This document shows positions 1-11,022 of a DNA stretch of 64,000 nt, piece by piece. The position numbers and the translations under genes were made by a program. Origin of the DNA: an uncultured Maribacter sp. (GTDB lineage Bacteria; Bacteroidota; Bacteroidia; Flavobacteriales; Flavobacteriaceae); NCBI GenBank assembly GCA_965367725.1, contig CBDUKE010000002.1:7091-71090 (forward strand), in the 5' to 3' direction. Under the pieces are notes generated by a model that saw nothing but the letters and a program-made list of their open reading frames with translations, ran no database searches and had not been told where the DNA came from. Position 1 is the first letter of the stretch. Each line of letters begins with the position of its first letter.

Positions 1-627
1 AAAAAGCGGTTGCAAAAAGAATTCAAAGATCCAAAGCACAAATTTGTAACACGGGCAGCCTTTAATACTTTGACCGACGAAATTCTGTTAATGACCAAAA
101 ACCAAAAAAGCGACCTGGTCATCATGGGAACACAAGGAGCTACCAATACCAGGGAAATCCTTCTCGGCACGAATACAACACAGGTTATAAAAAAGACGAT
201 TTGCCCGGTCATTGCCTTGTCCTCAGAATTTAAGTATAAGACCCCGAAGGCTATCTTGTTCCCAACGGATTATGAAATCGACTATGATAAAGAACAGTTG
301 TTACAGCTTTTGGATATAGCGAAAAATCATGATTCAAAAATCTATGTAATTCATGTGTCCTCCGGTTACGATTTAACGGACAATCAATTACGGAACAAAC
401 ACAAACTAAAGGAAATTCTTGCCCAGACCGACCATAAATTTAAAGACCTCCCGAATCAAGGCGTCATCGAGGCCATCAATCAATTTCAGAATAAAAGAGC
501 AATGGACCTTTTGGTCATGGTACGCAACAAACATACTTTTTTTGAACGCCTGTTCGTCGAACCGGTGATCAAAAAGATAGGGCTTAATATTGATATTCCG
601 TTAGTGGTCATTCCTTATTCCAACTGA
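1..627 (+). CDS. Universal stress protein (UspA family), 5' end cut by window edge
   Basis: The frame is open back to position 1, so the listed TTG at 10 is not a credible start. Two Usp-type alpha/beta segments are present: DLVIMGTQGATNTREILLGTNTTQVIKKTICPVIAL and DLLVMVRNKHTFFERLFVEPVIKKIGLNIDIPLVVIP. Confidence 0.75.
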   Translation, partial: KKRLQKEFKDPKHKFVTRAAFNTLTDEILLMTKNQKSDLVIMGTQGATNTREILLGTNTTQVIKKTICPVIALSSEFKYKTPKAILFPTDYEIDYDKEQLLQLLDIAKNHDSKIYVIHVSSGYDLTDNQLRNKHKLKEILAQTDHKFKDLPNQGVIEAINQFQNKRAMDLLVMVRNKHTFFERLFVEPVIKKIGLNIDIPLVVIPYSN

Positions 628-886
628 GAAAGGTCATGGTAAGACAACAAAGACCTGATGGCCACTCTTTTTAAGGATGTCGAATACGCCCATCAAAATA
701 AAAGGGCCAACAAAGCAGGTTTTGGGCCCATATGGGTTATAAAACTATAAATGACGACATTTGAAAATACCTCTGTCAATTAGGTTTCATTAATTTTAGA
801 CAATTAATTAGATGAACAGCTATTGAGGAGATAAATTTGAACCAAATGCTGAATCTTTGGAATATGATTGTTGCCCTAATGCGTAC

Positions 887-2197
887 TTAAAAGGTATTGA
901 AATTATTGATGTTTATATTTTTCGCTTTTAGATCAAACATTAAGTTATAAAGGCCAAAAAATGTTCTGTTGATATAAATAAAATGTTTTGACCCCCTGTT
1001 GCCATTCATTTTTCGCAATTCGGTACTCTTTGAATAACGTTGCCCTAATTCGGTTATTTTTTCAAAAAAACCACTATCAGAAAAGTCAAAGGTTACTTCT
1101 TGAAATGGTTGTGTGAACAAACTCAATAATTCGTGAAACATTGCTGTAAAAAATTCAATTTCTTCTTTAGAATCGTCTTCGCGCAAAATTTCCAATTCAA
1201 ACAATTTCGAAGAAAAATAATCCGGATTATTAATGTTTTCAGGTTCTGACAATTCAAAATAAGGAACATAAAACTCATTGGGAATACTTTTCATACAACC
1301 AAAATCCAAAGCGACTAATTTACCTTCTTTTGACACCAAAAAGTTTCCGGGATGCGGATCGGCATGCACTTTTCTTAACTTATGGATTTGGAACATGTAA
1401 AAATCCCAAAGCGCTTGCCCGAGTTGATTTGCCTTTTCTTGATCTGTGTTATATGCTGTAAACTCAGATAAGTGTTCGCCGTTCATATAATCCATTGTAA
1501 TGATACGGTCATTGGATAAGTCTTCATAATATTGGGGAAACAAAAGGTTCGGAATGTTGGAACAGGCTTTGGCAATTTCCTTGCTTTGATCTAATTCCAA
1601 CACATAATTTGTTTCTTCAATGAGTTTTTCTTCGACCTCCTTAAAGTATTTGTCTGAATCTTTACCCTTAATATTGAACATTTTCATAGCAATCGGCTTA
1701 ACAAGAGCCAAATCAGACGTTATACTTTGGGCAACTCCAGGATATTGGATTTTCACAGCAAGTTTTTTCCCATTTTTTTCTGCCACATGCACTTGACCAA
1801 TGCTGGCGGCATTTACTGAAGTCGAGTTAAACGAATCATATAATTCGTTGGGCAATTTGCCAAAATAATTTTTAAAGGTTTTCAATACCAATGGGGAAGA
1901 TAAAGGTGGAACTGAAAACTGGGATAAGGAGAACTTTTCAACATAGGATTGAGGCATGATGCTCTTTTCCATGCTTAACATTTGAGCCACTTTAAGCGCA
2001 CTGCCCTTAAGTTGTTTTAAACCATCGTAAATATCCTCAGCATTATTTTCATTAAGTCGTGTTCTGGCCAGATGTTCGGTTTTCGTTAATTTATCGCCAT
2101 AGTATTTAAGGTAATTGACCCCCACTTTTGCTCCAGTTGATACTAGCTTAGAGGCACGATGTATTTTTGAAATGGGAATATTATCGATTGTTTTCAT
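887..2197 (-). CDS. ABC1/UbiB/AarF atypical protein kinase family protein
   Basis: Family motifs AASIGQVHVAE, LAVKIQYPGV, HADPHPGNFLV and LDFGCM. The start lies 9 nt after the stop of the upstream TetR gene, so the two are likely an operon. Confidence 0.8.
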   Translation of the reverse strand: MKTIDNIPISKIHRASKLVSTGAKVGVNYLKYYGDKLTKTEHLARTRLNENNAEDIYDGLKQLKGSALKVAQMLSMEKSIMPQSYVEKFSLSQFSVPPLSSPLVLKTFKNYFGKLPNELYDSFNSTSVNAASIGQVHVAEKNGKKLAVKIQYPGVAQSITSDLALVKPIAMKMFNIKGKDSDKYFKEVEEKLIEETNYVLELDQSKEIAKACSNIPNLLFPQYYEDLSNDRIITMDYMNGEHLSEFTAYNTDQEKANQLGQALWDFYMFQIHKLRKVHADPHPGNFLVSKEGKLVALDFGCMKSIPNEFYVPYFELSEPENINNPDYFSSKLFELEILREDDSKEEIEFFTAMFHELLSLFTQPFQEVTFDFSDSGFFEKITELGQRYSKSTELRKMNGNRGSKHFIYINRTFFGLYNLMFDLKAKNININNFNTF

Positions 2198-2205
2198 ATG
2201 TACCT

Positions 2206-2862
2206 TTAATTTGAATGCATTTTTTCCTTGAAGATAAATTTTCCAAAGTCTATCATACTTTTAAGTGGGGCCACATTCAATACGTCGAAGCTTGTGTTTA
2301 CAGATTTTTCAATAAAAATGTCAGTCTTCTCAAAGGAAGCCGAGGTATCATCCATCCAGAATTTCAAAGTCAATAACAATTGTAACCAAGCAGATTCTTG
2401 CAATGCTCTTGTCTGTATTTTATCGATTTGTTCTTGTTTAATTGCTATCATTTCAATGTCTAAACTGTCAATATAGTTTGTAAAACTCTTTTTTAAACCT
2501 GAAAGAAGTGACAATCCTTTCAAATTATTTTTATGTTTTTGTAAGACATAAATAACATAACTTCTATTAGCCGTAAGATTTTCAAAAAAGGTAAAATAGA
2601 AACCCAATAGTTTATTTCGCGAATCATACGATTGATATTCTTGACTTTTACTTAAAATTGAAATGGTATTATTGAAAAAAACATTGAATACTTGCTTTTC
2701 AATAGCTTCAAATGATCCAAAAAATGTATAGAATTTTGATTCTTCAAAATTATTGGCTTTTGCAAACGCATATACAGATTTAGGGTTTTCGTTATTTTCA
2801 ATGACATAATCCATGTAAAATGAAATAATATCGCTTTCAGTAATTGTTTTCCTTTTGGCCAT
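2206..2862 (-). CDS. TetR/AcrR family transcriptional regulator
   Basis: 218 aa with an N-terminal HTH-like segment (SVYAFAKANNFEESKFYTFFGSFEAI) and a helical C-terminal domain. It lies directly upstream of the ABC1 kinase gene. Confidence 0.65.
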   Translation of the reverse strand: MAKRKTITESDIISFYMDYVIENNENPKSVYAFAKANNFEESKFYTFFGSFEAIEKQVFNVFFNNTISILSKSQEYQSYDSRNKLLGFYFTFFENLTANRSYVIYVLQKHKNNLKGLSLLSGLKKSFTNYIDSLDIEMIAIKQEQIDKIQTRALQESAWLQLLLTLKFWMDDTSASFEKTDIFIEKSVNTSFDVLNVAPLKSMIDFGKFIFKEKMHSN

Positions 2863-3087
2863 GACTTTATTTTGTATGATGCAAGGTATTAATTGTTTAA
2901 GGATATAATAGATAAATTAAACAAAATTTAACAAAATTATGGAGGATTGGCGCTAAAGAATGGTTTTATTACTATTAACCGCGCTAAGAAAGTTTGGAAT
3001 ATTTTGATATGCCCAGTTATGCCTAAATAGCCAGGCAAGTATGTGCTGTATAAGCAAGGATTGTCGCAATTCCGGTAAATGATAAAT

Positions 3088-4125
3088 TTAAGAATCAGCA
3101 ATATTTTCTTTAACTATGATATCTATGGGGATATCCACATTTAAATTGGATGGATCCTGTGTTGTCAAGAAATTATATAACCCTTTTATAGCAGCATAAC
3201 CTTGGTATTTAGGTTTTTGATTAATAATGAAATTAATTTCGTCCTTTTTTAAACAAGCTATATTTTTCTCGTTCAAATCAAATCCAACGACACATGTTTT
3301 ATTTATGTTGTGTTTTTTAAGTAATGGTGGAATGAGATGTGCTCTGGAATTGGTAACAAAGATTCCCTTAATGGTGTTTTTTTTAAGCCTATTTTCCATT
3401 TCCTTGGTTATCGCAAAATCAACATTTACGGGATGATCTATAGTTTGGATATTTACATGCGGGTTAATGGTCTTAAAAAATGCCCTAAAACCATCTTCCC
3501 TTTGCTTGCCGTTGGCATGAACGCCTTTGTCATTTATAATGTTAACAATATAATAGTGTCCTTCACCCCCTACCAATCCATATAACAATCTCCCGGCGAC
3601 CATGCCTGCCTTATATGAGTTTTGACGAATGAAATTGGCAGGACTGTCCAACGCTATTTCCGTATCCAAAAAAACAATAGGAATATGCTTGGAATTTGCT
3701 AGATTCAAGAGGTCATTGCTCTCATTTTTAAAAAATGGTACGGTAACTATGGCGTGATAATCTTTTTTGAATATTTCCTTGCTTTGAGCGGTGAATGAAG
3801 TGGAATCCGAAAAATTATAAAAATTTGCTTCAACACCTAATTCGCTAAGCTCTTCAACAGCCTTTACAATCCCATTTTTTGGTAGTTTCCAATAATTCCA
3901 TCTCCATTTATTTTCATCCTTAGGAATTAAAATGGCAATCTTGATTTTTTTTACTGAGGCCAATTTAAGCCTACTAGCGGTTGTGTTCTTTACGTAGCCC
4001 GTTTCCTCGATAATGTTAAGGATTCTTTTTTCTGTTTCCTTTGATACTCCTGGTCGCTTATGCAATACCCGATCTACAGTGCCAATAGAAACATTAGCCA
4101 ATTTTGCTATTCGTTTTATTCCCAT
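3088..4125 (-). CDS. LacI family transcriptional regulator
   Basis: N-terminal LacI HTH (IKRIAKLANVSIGTVDRVLHKRPGVSKETEKRI) followed by a periplasmic-binding-protein-like sugar-binding core. Confidence 0.85.
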   Translation of the reverse strand: MGIKRIAKLANVSIGTVDRVLHKRPGVSKETEKRILNIIEETGYVKNTTASRLKLASVKKIKIAILIPKDENKWRWNYWKLPKNGIVKAVEELSELGVEANFYNFSDSTSFTAQSKEIFKKDYHAIVTVPFFKNESNDLLNLANSKHIPIVFLDTEIALDSPANFIRQNSYKAGMVAGRLLYGLVGGEGHYYIVNIINDKGVHANGKQREDGFRAFFKTINPHVNIQTIDHPVNVDFAITKEMENRLKKNTIKGIFVTNSRAHLIPPLLKKHNINKTCVVGFDLNEKNIACLKKDEINFIINQKPKYQGYAAIKGLYNFLTTQDPSNLNVDIPIDIIVKENIADS

Positions 4126-4296
4126 TTCTAAGTCAATAAATTCAATTGATTGGTTGGCTCAAATGTCAAACGTATGAGTTAGTATTTGAAAACACCCTGC
4201 ATGCGCATTGTCAACTACAAACGGACTATAAGTCTATGATACAGAAAAACCGTTTTCTTTATAAATTTGCGCCTGCTTTATGCACTGATATTTAGT

Positions 4297-5670
4297 TTAA
4301 AATTCCCGTACTTTAATGTTTTTGAAAGAAACCTTGTCTCCGTGATCTTGCAATAAGATCAAGCCCTCAGGCTGCTGTCCAAAATCCTTCCACTTTTCAT
4401 ATTTGCTGTTGTCTACCAAGGCTCTAAAAACTTGACTAAACCTATTGAATTCGACTACTTTCACATGATTCAGCCAATGCTCAACATGACCGTCTTTCAC
4501 AACGATACGGGCATTGTTCCACGTATTTACCCCTTTGAAGTTTTTACCTCTGAAACTGCCATTGTTTTCTGCTCTGATCAAATCATACAAAGAGCCTACC
4601 GTTCTATTGCCGTTTTTTCCTTTTTTGGCATCAGGGTGCTTTTCGTCATCCAATATTTGAAACTCCAATCCGATTGCTGAACCTTCTCCTTTGTTCAATT
4701 CAGAATCCACAAAATATTTAATACCACTATTGGCCCCTTCGGTCATTTTGAAATCAACACTTAGCTCAAAGTCGCTAAATGAATTCACCGTCACGATATC
4801 CCCACCATTCCGGGATTCGTATCCACCGGAAGACAATACGGTGAGAATTCCATCTTTCATTTCCCATCCTTTTTCAGGAAATTTATCAAGTTTGGCTCCT
4901 CTCCAACCATCTGTAGTGTTTCCATCCCACAAAAAGCGCCAACCTTTTCTGGTTTCGTCAGGGGTTAACGCGTTCGTTAAATAACTGATTTCAGGAACTT
5001 CACTATCTACTTGCTTTCGTGAATTCTCTAAATCGGTAGTCTTGATTTTTATATTTTTCCATTTCACGATTTTACCTTCCAAGCTATTATCATGAATACT
5101 ATGTACTTGGAAGGCGATAAAGCCTTCAGCTGTAGTGTCATCAACCAAGTTGGCGCATTGTACCCCGTTTATCCAGGTACGGATGTTTGAACCTATGGCT
5201 TCAATACGGTAATGGTTCCATTCTCCAGGTTTAAAGGCATCTTGACCTTTTGGGTTTCTTGTCAGGGGGTAGAGCCATCCGTTTCGAGCCTCATCATAAA
5301 CTCCACCGGCCCATTTTCTTGGGCTTGTTTCTATTTCGCATTGGTACCCATGCACTCTTCCATCCATATAACCAGGCGTGCTCAAACTTCTGAATTGTAC
5401 ACCAGAGTTCAATCCATTTTCAACAAATACGTCAAACTCCAAAATAAAGTCGCCATAGGTTTTTTTTGTGGCCATAAAACTATTAGGAGTCCCTAGTTTT
5501 GAAGTTCCGATTAATTCCTGGTTCTTTATTGTATAAGCGGCGTCCCCATTTAGTTGGTGAAAGGTCGACAGATCCTTTCCATTGAAAAGGACCTCCCAAT
5601 TATCTTGTGCAGATACAGCGAAACAGGATATGAAGAGTAGGACTAAAAATTCAATTTTAATTTTATTCAT
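4297..5670 (-). CDS. Secreted tandem DUF1080 (3-keto-disaccharide hydrolase-like) protein
   Basis: Signal peptide. Two repeats show the DUF1080 pattern (W..LF.G.dL..w, G.i.LQ.H, v.fkNIkik), with copies ending in WKNIKIK and FKNIKVR. Confidence 0.7.
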   Translation of the reverse strand: MNKIKIEFLVLLFISCFAVSAQDNWEVLFNGKDLSTFHQLNGDAAYTIKNQELIGTSKLGTPNSFMATKKTYGDFILEFDVFVENGLNSGVQFRSLSTPGYMDGRVHGYQCEIETSPRKWAGGVYDEARNGWLYPLTRNPKGQDAFKPGEWNHYRIEAIGSNIRTWINGVQCANLVDDTTAEGFIAFQVHSIHDNSLEGKIVKWKNIKIKTTDLENSRKQVDSEVPEISYLTNALTPDETRKGWRFLWDGNTTDGWRGAKLDKFPEKGWEMKDGILTVLSSGGYESRNGGDIVTVNSFSDFELSVDFKMTEGANSGIKYFVDSELNKGEGSAIGLEFQILDDEKHPDAKKGKNGNRTVGSLYDLIRAENNGSFRGKNFKGVNTWNNARIVVKDGHVEHWLNHVKVVEFNRFSQVFRALVDNSKYEKWKDFGQQPEGLILLQDHGDKVSFKNIKVREF

Positions 5671-5753
5671 GATTGCTAAAGTTCTTTGTTTATTTTGGTT
5701 TTAGACACTTAAAAATTGGAATTGTTGTTAGGCTAACAAATTTAATAAATATT

Positions 5754-5771
5754 TCCGTTAACGTTAACGGA
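5754..5771. promoter_or_regulatory. Perfect 18-bp palindrome TCCGTTAACGTTAACGGA, candidate LacI-family operator
   Basis: The inverted repeat is exact and centred on AACGTT, which is typical of LacI-family operators. It sits midway in the divergent region, 83 bp from the DUF1080 ATG and 79 bp from the Gfo/Idh/MocA ATG. The LacI gene is 1.6 kb away. Confidence 0.45.
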
Positions 5772-5849
5772 ATCTAAAAATAATCTTTAAATTGCAGTAA
5801 TTAATTACCAAATAAAAACTGTAGTGATTAAACCAATTAAGTAAATCAT

Positions 5850-7193
5850 ATGGATTCAAATAGAAGGGATTTTATAAGAAAAGCAGCTGTTGGAGCAGTA
5901 GGTATTGGTTTTAGTAATGGCATCAATGCCATGTCCGCCAAAAGTTATTCCAATATCATTGGAGCCAATGATCGTATCAATCTAGCTATTCAAGGATTGG
6001 GGAGAAGATATCCTGCCTATAAAATACCAATTATAACGAAAGAAAACAATGTCAAGTTGCTTTATCTATGTGATGTCATGAAAAGTCAACGGGATAAGGC
6101 TGCAGAAGATTTCGGCAAGGATTTAAATTATAAACCAGCATTGGAAAATGACATTCGAAAGATCTTGGATGATAAAAATGTTGATGCTATTTTTATGGCC
6201 ACCCCAGATCATTGGCATACCCCGGGAGCAATAATGGCCATGCAAGCAGGGAAGCATGTGTATCTAGAAAAACCTTGTTCACATAATATGCATGAAAATG
6301 AATTGATTGTGGCTGCTCAAGAGAAATATAATAAAGTGGTTCAAATGGGAAACCAGCAAAGATCTTCTGCTGAAACCACCCAAATTGTTAAGGATATTCA
6401 CAACGGCATAATTGGTAAAACATATAAGGCAACTGCATTTTATATTAATGGGCGGGGAGAAGTGCCAGTTCAAACAAAAGCTGCTCCCCCAGAAGGCTTG
6501 GATTGGGATCTTTTTCAAGGACCATCTCCAAGAAAGGAATATACGCACAATACCTTTGATTATAATTGGCATTGGTATGGTTGGGATTTTGGTACAGCCG
6601 AAATGGGCAACAATGCCACCCATGAATTGGATGTTGCGCGCTGGGCTTTGGGTGTTGAATTGCCTGAACAGGTAAATGTAAGATCTGGAAAGAACCAATA
6701 TTTAAATGACGGTTGGGAAATGTATGATTCTATGGAAGCGCGTTTTACATTTTCTGATGGACAAGTTATTGAATGGGATGGGCAAAGTAGAAATGGATAC
6801 AATAAATATGGATATGGAAGAGGGACGGTGATTTACGGTTCTGAAGGTTCTGTTTATGTGGATCGGGGAGGGTATGAATTATTTGACCTTAAGGGAAAAT
6901 CGATAAGAAATAGCAAATCAAGTGGCTCAGAAGGAGGACTTGCCCTAGGTGGTGGTGGAGATTTAACCACGCGACATACTGTTAATTTCTTTGAAACTAT
7001 TCGTGGTAAAGAAACATTAACATCCCCAATACAACAAGGGGCAACAAGTCAGGCCATGACCCATTATGCGAATATCGCTTCAAGAATTGGTAAATCATTG
7101 GAGGTTGATGCAACTACCGGTCGAATTTTTGACAGGGAAGCCATGAAATTATGGTCTCGTTCCTATGAACCTGGTTGGGAACCAAAATTATAA
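5850..7193 (+). CDS. Tat-exported Gfo/Idh/MocA family oxidoreductase
   Basis: Twin-arginine signal (NRRDFIRKAAVGAVGIG), an N-terminal Rossmann region and the EKP motif (HVYLEKPCSHN). Confidence 0.85.
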   Translation: MDSNRRDFIRKAAVGAVGIGFSNGINAMSAKSYSNIIGANDRINLAIQGLGRRYPAYKIPIITKENNVKLLYLCDVMKSQRDKAAEDFGKDLNYKPALENDIRKILDDKNVDAIFMATPDHWHTPGAIMAMQAGKHVYLEKPCSHNMHENELIVAAQEKYNKVVQMGNQQRSSAETTQIVKDIHNGIIGKTYKATAFYINGRGEVPVQTKAAPPEGLDWDLFQGPSPRKEYTHNTFDYNWHWYGWDFGTAEMGNNATHELDVARWALGVELPEQVNVRSGKNQYLNDGWEMYDSMEARFTFSDGQVIEWDGQSRNGYNKYGYGRGTVIYGSEGSVYVDRGGYELFDLKGKSIRNSKSSGSEGGLALGGGGDLTTRHTVNFFETIRGKETLTSPIQQGATSQAMTHYANIASRIGKSLEVDATTGRIFDREAMKLWSRSYEPGWEPKL

Positions 7194-7260
7194 AGAACAT
7201 GCCATTTGCTTGATCGGGGAAGAATAAAAAATAATTTCATCATAATACATATTAAAAGAA

Positions 7261-8082
7261 ATGGGTAAGACGGATTTATTTGATATTTCAGAAAAAGTTA
7301 TTGTCATAACTGGTGGTGCTGGTGCATTGGGAGGTAGTATGGCTTCCTATTTACTGACGCAAGGTGCTAAAATCGCAATAATCGATTTATTTTCTGAAAG
7401 TGTTGAACAAAGGGTCGTTGAATTAAAAAAAATAGCCTCTGGGGTCATAGGTATTCCTGGTAGTGTTTTAGACAAAGGTCATCTTGATAAGGCCAAATCC
7501 AAGATTCTTGAAAAATGGGGTAAAATTGATGCATTGATCAATGCTGCTGGCGGAAATATGCCAGGTGCAACAATCGGAGAAGACCAGACCATTTTTGACC
7601 TTAAAATGGAGGATTTTAAAAAGGTGTCCGAATTGAACTTAAATGGTTCCGTATTGCCCTCAATCGTTTTTGGTGAAGTAATGGCAAGGCAGGGATTCGG
7701 GAGTATTGTCAATATTTCATCGATGACCGCAACCCAGGCGGTCACTAGGGTTGTCGGATATTCGGCTTCCAAGGCTGCCATTGATAACTTCACCAAATGG
7801 ATGGCCACTGAAATGGCACTAAAATTTGAAGGAAGTGTACGTGTAAACGCAATTGCGCCCGGTTTTTTTATTGGAAATCAAAATCGTGCCCTTTTGACCA
7901 ATCCAGATGGTACATATACCGAAAGGGGACATACAATTATAAAAAACACCCCGATGAAACGCTTTGGGGATGCCGACGAACTCAACGGGGCCATACACTG
8001 GCTCATTAGTGATGCGGCCTCTTTTGTAACGGGGACCATTGTTCCAATCGATGGTGGTTTTAGCGCCTTTAGTGGGGTGTAA
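7261..8082 (+). CDS. SDR family oxidoreductase, likely short-chain D-mannonate/fructuronate oxidoreductase (UxuB-like)
   Basis: TGGAGALG cofactor motif and the YSASK catalytic motif. It sits immediately upstream of uxuA and uxaC, the usual Bacteroidota position for uxuB. Confidence 0.7.
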   Translation: MGKTDLFDISEKVIVITGGAGALGGSMASYLLTQGAKIAIIDLFSESVEQRVVELKKIASGVIGIPGSVLDKGHLDKAKSKILEKWGKIDALINAAGGNMPGATIGEDQTIFDLKMEDFKKVSELNLNGSVLPSIVFGEVMARQGFGSIVNISSMTATQAVTRVVGYSASKAAIDNFTKWMATEMALKFEGSVRVNAIAPGFFIGNQNRALLTNPDGTYTERGHTIIKNTPMKRFGDADELNGAIHWLISDAASFVTGTIVPIDGGFSAFSGV

Positions 8083-8108
8083 AAAGTGAATATTAATATC
8101 GATTTAAA

Positions 8109-9293
8109 ATGAAGATGCAACAAACTTGGAGATGGTATGGCCCTAATGATCCAGTCTCTTTAAATGATATTAAACAGGCAGGTGCGACGGGTATTGTTTC
8201 TGCATTGCATCAAATTGCAAATGGCGAAGTTTGGACTATTTCCGCAATCAATGAACATAAAAGTTTGATTGAAGCTGCCGGCCTTACTTGGATTGTGGTG
8301 GAGAGTATTCCCGTGCATGAAAACATAAAAACACGTTCTGGGAAATTTCAAGTCTATTTGAAGAATTATAAAACGAGCATCCAAAATTTGGCGAGTTGCG
8401 GCATCAATATCATCTGTTATAATTTTATGCCCGTTTTGGATTGGACCAGAACTTCGCTGGATTTTGAAGTTGAAGATGGATCCAAGGCATTGCGATTTGA
8501 TGTAATTGCCTTTGCTGCCTTTGAACTTCACCTTTTAAAAAGACCTGGTGCAAAAAACACCTATACTGAGGATCAACAGCAGGAAGCCAAGTCTTATTTT
8601 GAATCACTTTCTGAAAAAGAAAGAAAAGTATTGGTGAACAACATCATTGCCGGATTGCCGGGTGCCGAAGAAGGCTATACACTAGGGCAATTTCAACAAG
8701 CTTTGGACACCTACGCGCATATAGATGCAGGGAAGTTAAGAGAACATTTGGTGTTATTTTTAAAAGAGATAATTCCGATTGCTGCTCAAAGCGAAGTGTT
8801 GATGTGCCTTCATCCAGACGACCCACCATATCCCATTTTAGGATTGCCAAGGGTTGTAAGCACAGAAGAGGATTATGCATATTTATTTGAGCAAGTGCCC
8901 AATAAGGCTAACGGGATTACCTTTTGTACAGGATCATTAGGGGTAAGGGCTGATAATGACTTGGTTCAAATTTTTAGGCGGTTCGCCGATCGCGTACATT
9001 TTTTACACCTAAGAAGTACTCAGCGGGATATGCAAGGAAATTTCCATGAAGCCAATCATTTGGAAGGGGATGTAGATATGTTCACTATCGTAAAAGAAGT
9101 ACTGATCGAACAAAAAAGGAGACTTGAAGAAGGTAGGGCAGATGCTGCCATTCCTATGCGGCCGGACCATGGGCATCTAATGCTCGATGACCTATCAAAG
9201 AAAACCAATCCTGGTTATTCGGCCATAGGTCGGCTACGAGGTTTGGCCGAGCTTAGAGGTTTGGAAGTAGGAATTAGTAAATCAATGATTTAG
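8109..9293 (+). CDS. uxuA: Mannonate dehydratase
   Basis: 394 aa. The N-terminus ([30 protein letters not shown]) is characteristic of UxuA, and the gene neighbours uxaC. Confidence 0.92.
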   Translation: MKMQQTWRWYGPNDPVSLNDIKQAGATGIVSALHQIANGEVWTISAINEHKSLIEAAGLTWIVVESIPVHENIKTRSGKFQVYLKNYKTSIQNLASCGINIICYNFMPVLDWTRTSLDFEVEDGSKALRFDVIAFAAFELHLLKRPGAKNTYTEDQQQEAKSYFESLSEKERKVLVNNIIAGLPGAEEGYTLGQFQQALDTYAHIDAGKLREHLVLFLKEIIPIAAQSEVLMCLHPDDPPYPILGLPRVVSTEEDYAYLFEQVPNKANGITFCTGSLGVRADNDLVQIFRRFADRVHFLHLRSTQRDMQGNFHEANHLEGDVDMFTIVKEVLIEQKRRLEEGRADAAIPMRPDHGHLMLDDLSKKTNPGYSAIGRLRGLAELRGLEVGISKSMI

Positions 9294-9312
9294 CATTAAT
9301 AGAGCCTGGAAA

Positions 9313-10719
9313 ATGAAGAACAAAAATACATTCATACATGATAATTTCTTGTTGGAAAACAAATATGCCGAAGCGCTTTATCATGACCATGCGTCCAAAA
9401 TGCCAATTATTGATTACCATAACCATTTGCCCCCAAATGAAATAGCTGAAAATAAAATCTATCGGAATATCACAGAGCTATGGATCAATGGGGATCATTA
9501 CAAATGGAGAGCTATGCGAACCTTGGGCATAGACGAAAAATATATTACCGGCAATGCCAGTGATCTGGAGAAGTTTCAAAAATGGGCCCACACGGTCCCC
9601 TATACTATGCGCAACCCCCTATACCACTGGACTCATCTGGAGCTAGACAGGTATTTCGGAATCAATGAGTTGTTAAATACCAAGAGTGCGGATGCTATAT
9701 TTCGGGAAACATCCAAAAAATTAAAAACTCCGGAATTTAGCTGCCAAAATTTATTGTCCAAAATGAATGTTGAGGTACTATGTACAACAGAAGGTCCTAC
9801 AGATTCTTTGGAACACCATCGAAAACTTTCTAAAAGTAATTTTAAAACCAAGGTGACTACGGCCTTCAGGCCTGATGCAGCAATTTTTATTGGAGCCGAA
9901 TCGTATAACGATTACCTTGATGAATTGGAGGTTGTTACAGGGAAAACAATTGGCACCTATGATTCATTGTGCGATGCACTTAGAAATAGAATGAGTTTTT
10001 TCAATGAAAACGGATGCAAGCTTTGTGATCATGGCCTTGAACACATGTACGCAGCAGATTTTACGGAATCTGAAATAAAATCAATTTTCAAGAAAAAAAG
10101 AGAAGGGAAAAACATAACCGCCGAGGAAGTGGCTAAATTTCACAGTGCTTTACTCCTTTTTCTATCGGAGACCTATCACGAATTTGGCTGGGTGCAACAA
10201 TTTCATTTAGGGGCACTTAGAAATAATAACAGCCGTATGCACCAATTGCTGGGAGCCGATACCGGCTGGGATTCTATAGGGGATTTTCCCCAGGCTCAGA
10301 ATCTGTCTAAATTCCTGAACAAACTTGACCGTAAGAACGTATTGACCAAAACCATTATATACAATTTAAACCCTGCGGATAATGAAGTAATGGCCGCCAT
10401 GATAGGAAATTTTAATGATGGCAGTATCAAAGGAAAGGTACAGTTTGGATCTAGTTGGTGGTTTTTGGATCAAAAAGATGGCATGACCCAACAATTGAAT
10501 GCATTATCGAATATAGGACTCATTAGTTGTTTTGTGGGAATGTTAACCGACTCTAGAAGTTTTCTTTCCTATCCAAGACATGAATATTTTAGACGCATTC
10601 TTTGCAATCTTTTTGGGAATGATATCAAGAACGGAGAATTGCCCAATGATATGGCTTGGATTGGACAAATAGTAGAGGACATTAGTTACAACAATGCAAA
10701 AGAATATTTTAATTTTTAA
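9313..10719 (+). CDS. uxaC: Glucuronate isomerase
   Basis: 468 aa. N-terminal FIHDNFLLENKYAEALYH..PIIDYHNHL, plus the WWF and LTDSRSFLSY motifs typical of UxaC. Confidence 0.92.
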   Translation: MKNKNTFIHDNFLLENKYAEALYHDHASKMPIIDYHNHLPPNEIAENKIYRNITELWINGDHYKWRAMRTLGIDEKYITGNASDLEKFQKWAHTVPYTMRNPLYHWTHLELDRYFGINELLNTKSADAIFRETSKKLKTPEFSCQNLLSKMNVEVLCTTEGPTDSLEHHRKLSKSNFKTKVTTAFRPDAAIFIGAESYNDYLDELEVVTGKTIGTYDSLCDALRNRMSFFNENGCKLCDHGLEHMYAADFTESEIKSIFKKKREGKNITAEEVAKFHSALLLFLSETYHEFGWVQQFHLGALRNNNSRMHQLLGADTGWDSIGDFPQAQNLSKFLNKLDRKNVLTKTIIYNLNPADNEVMAAMIGNFNDGSIKGKVQFGSSWWFLDQKDGMTQQLNALSNIGLISCFVGMLTDSRSFLSYPRHEYFRRILCNLFGNDIKNGELPNDMAWIGQIVEDISYNNAKEYFNF

Positions 10720-10755
10720 TACAAAACCGATAGCGGATGAAAAAGGTAGTGATCT

Positions 10756-10797
10756 CAGGGCAAGATAATGTTAAGATTCGCCCCTGTGGGTTTTTTT
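10756..10797 (+). terminator. Possible intrinsic terminator after uxaC
   Basis: Imperfect stem CAGGG...CCCTG followed within 4 nt by TTTTTTT (10791-10797). The stem is short and has a bulge. Confidence 0.35.
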
Positions 10798-11022
10798 GAG
10801 GTTCACTAGCCAATGATTTCAATGTTTTTATGGCAGCTGTGGGTCGATCTTGGTCACAGTAGCGGAAGTAGAAAAATCAATGGGTGTGGTCGCCTATGTA
10901 AGGGTTACTCGATTAGAGCTAATTCCTAACAATTTAGTGGTCGGATTTTATTATTTTAGACGGATTGTTTTAAAATGCAAAATGACATCAAAAAATTAAA
11001 ATCTTAATATAAAAACTTCAAA

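Noticed and set aside
4166-4177. Near-palindrome TCAAACGTATGA, 41 bp upstream of the LacI gene, as an autoregulatory site
   Set aside because: It is only 12 bp with two asymmetric positions and differs from the 18-bp palindrome at 5754. It is plausible but unsupported.
10720-11022. 300-bp intergenic stretch after uxaC with slightly higher GC, examined for an RNA gene or a decayed gene
   Set aside because: Only a weak terminator-like hairpin was found. There is no tRNA-like or riboswitch-like pattern and no extended ORF remnant I could recognise.
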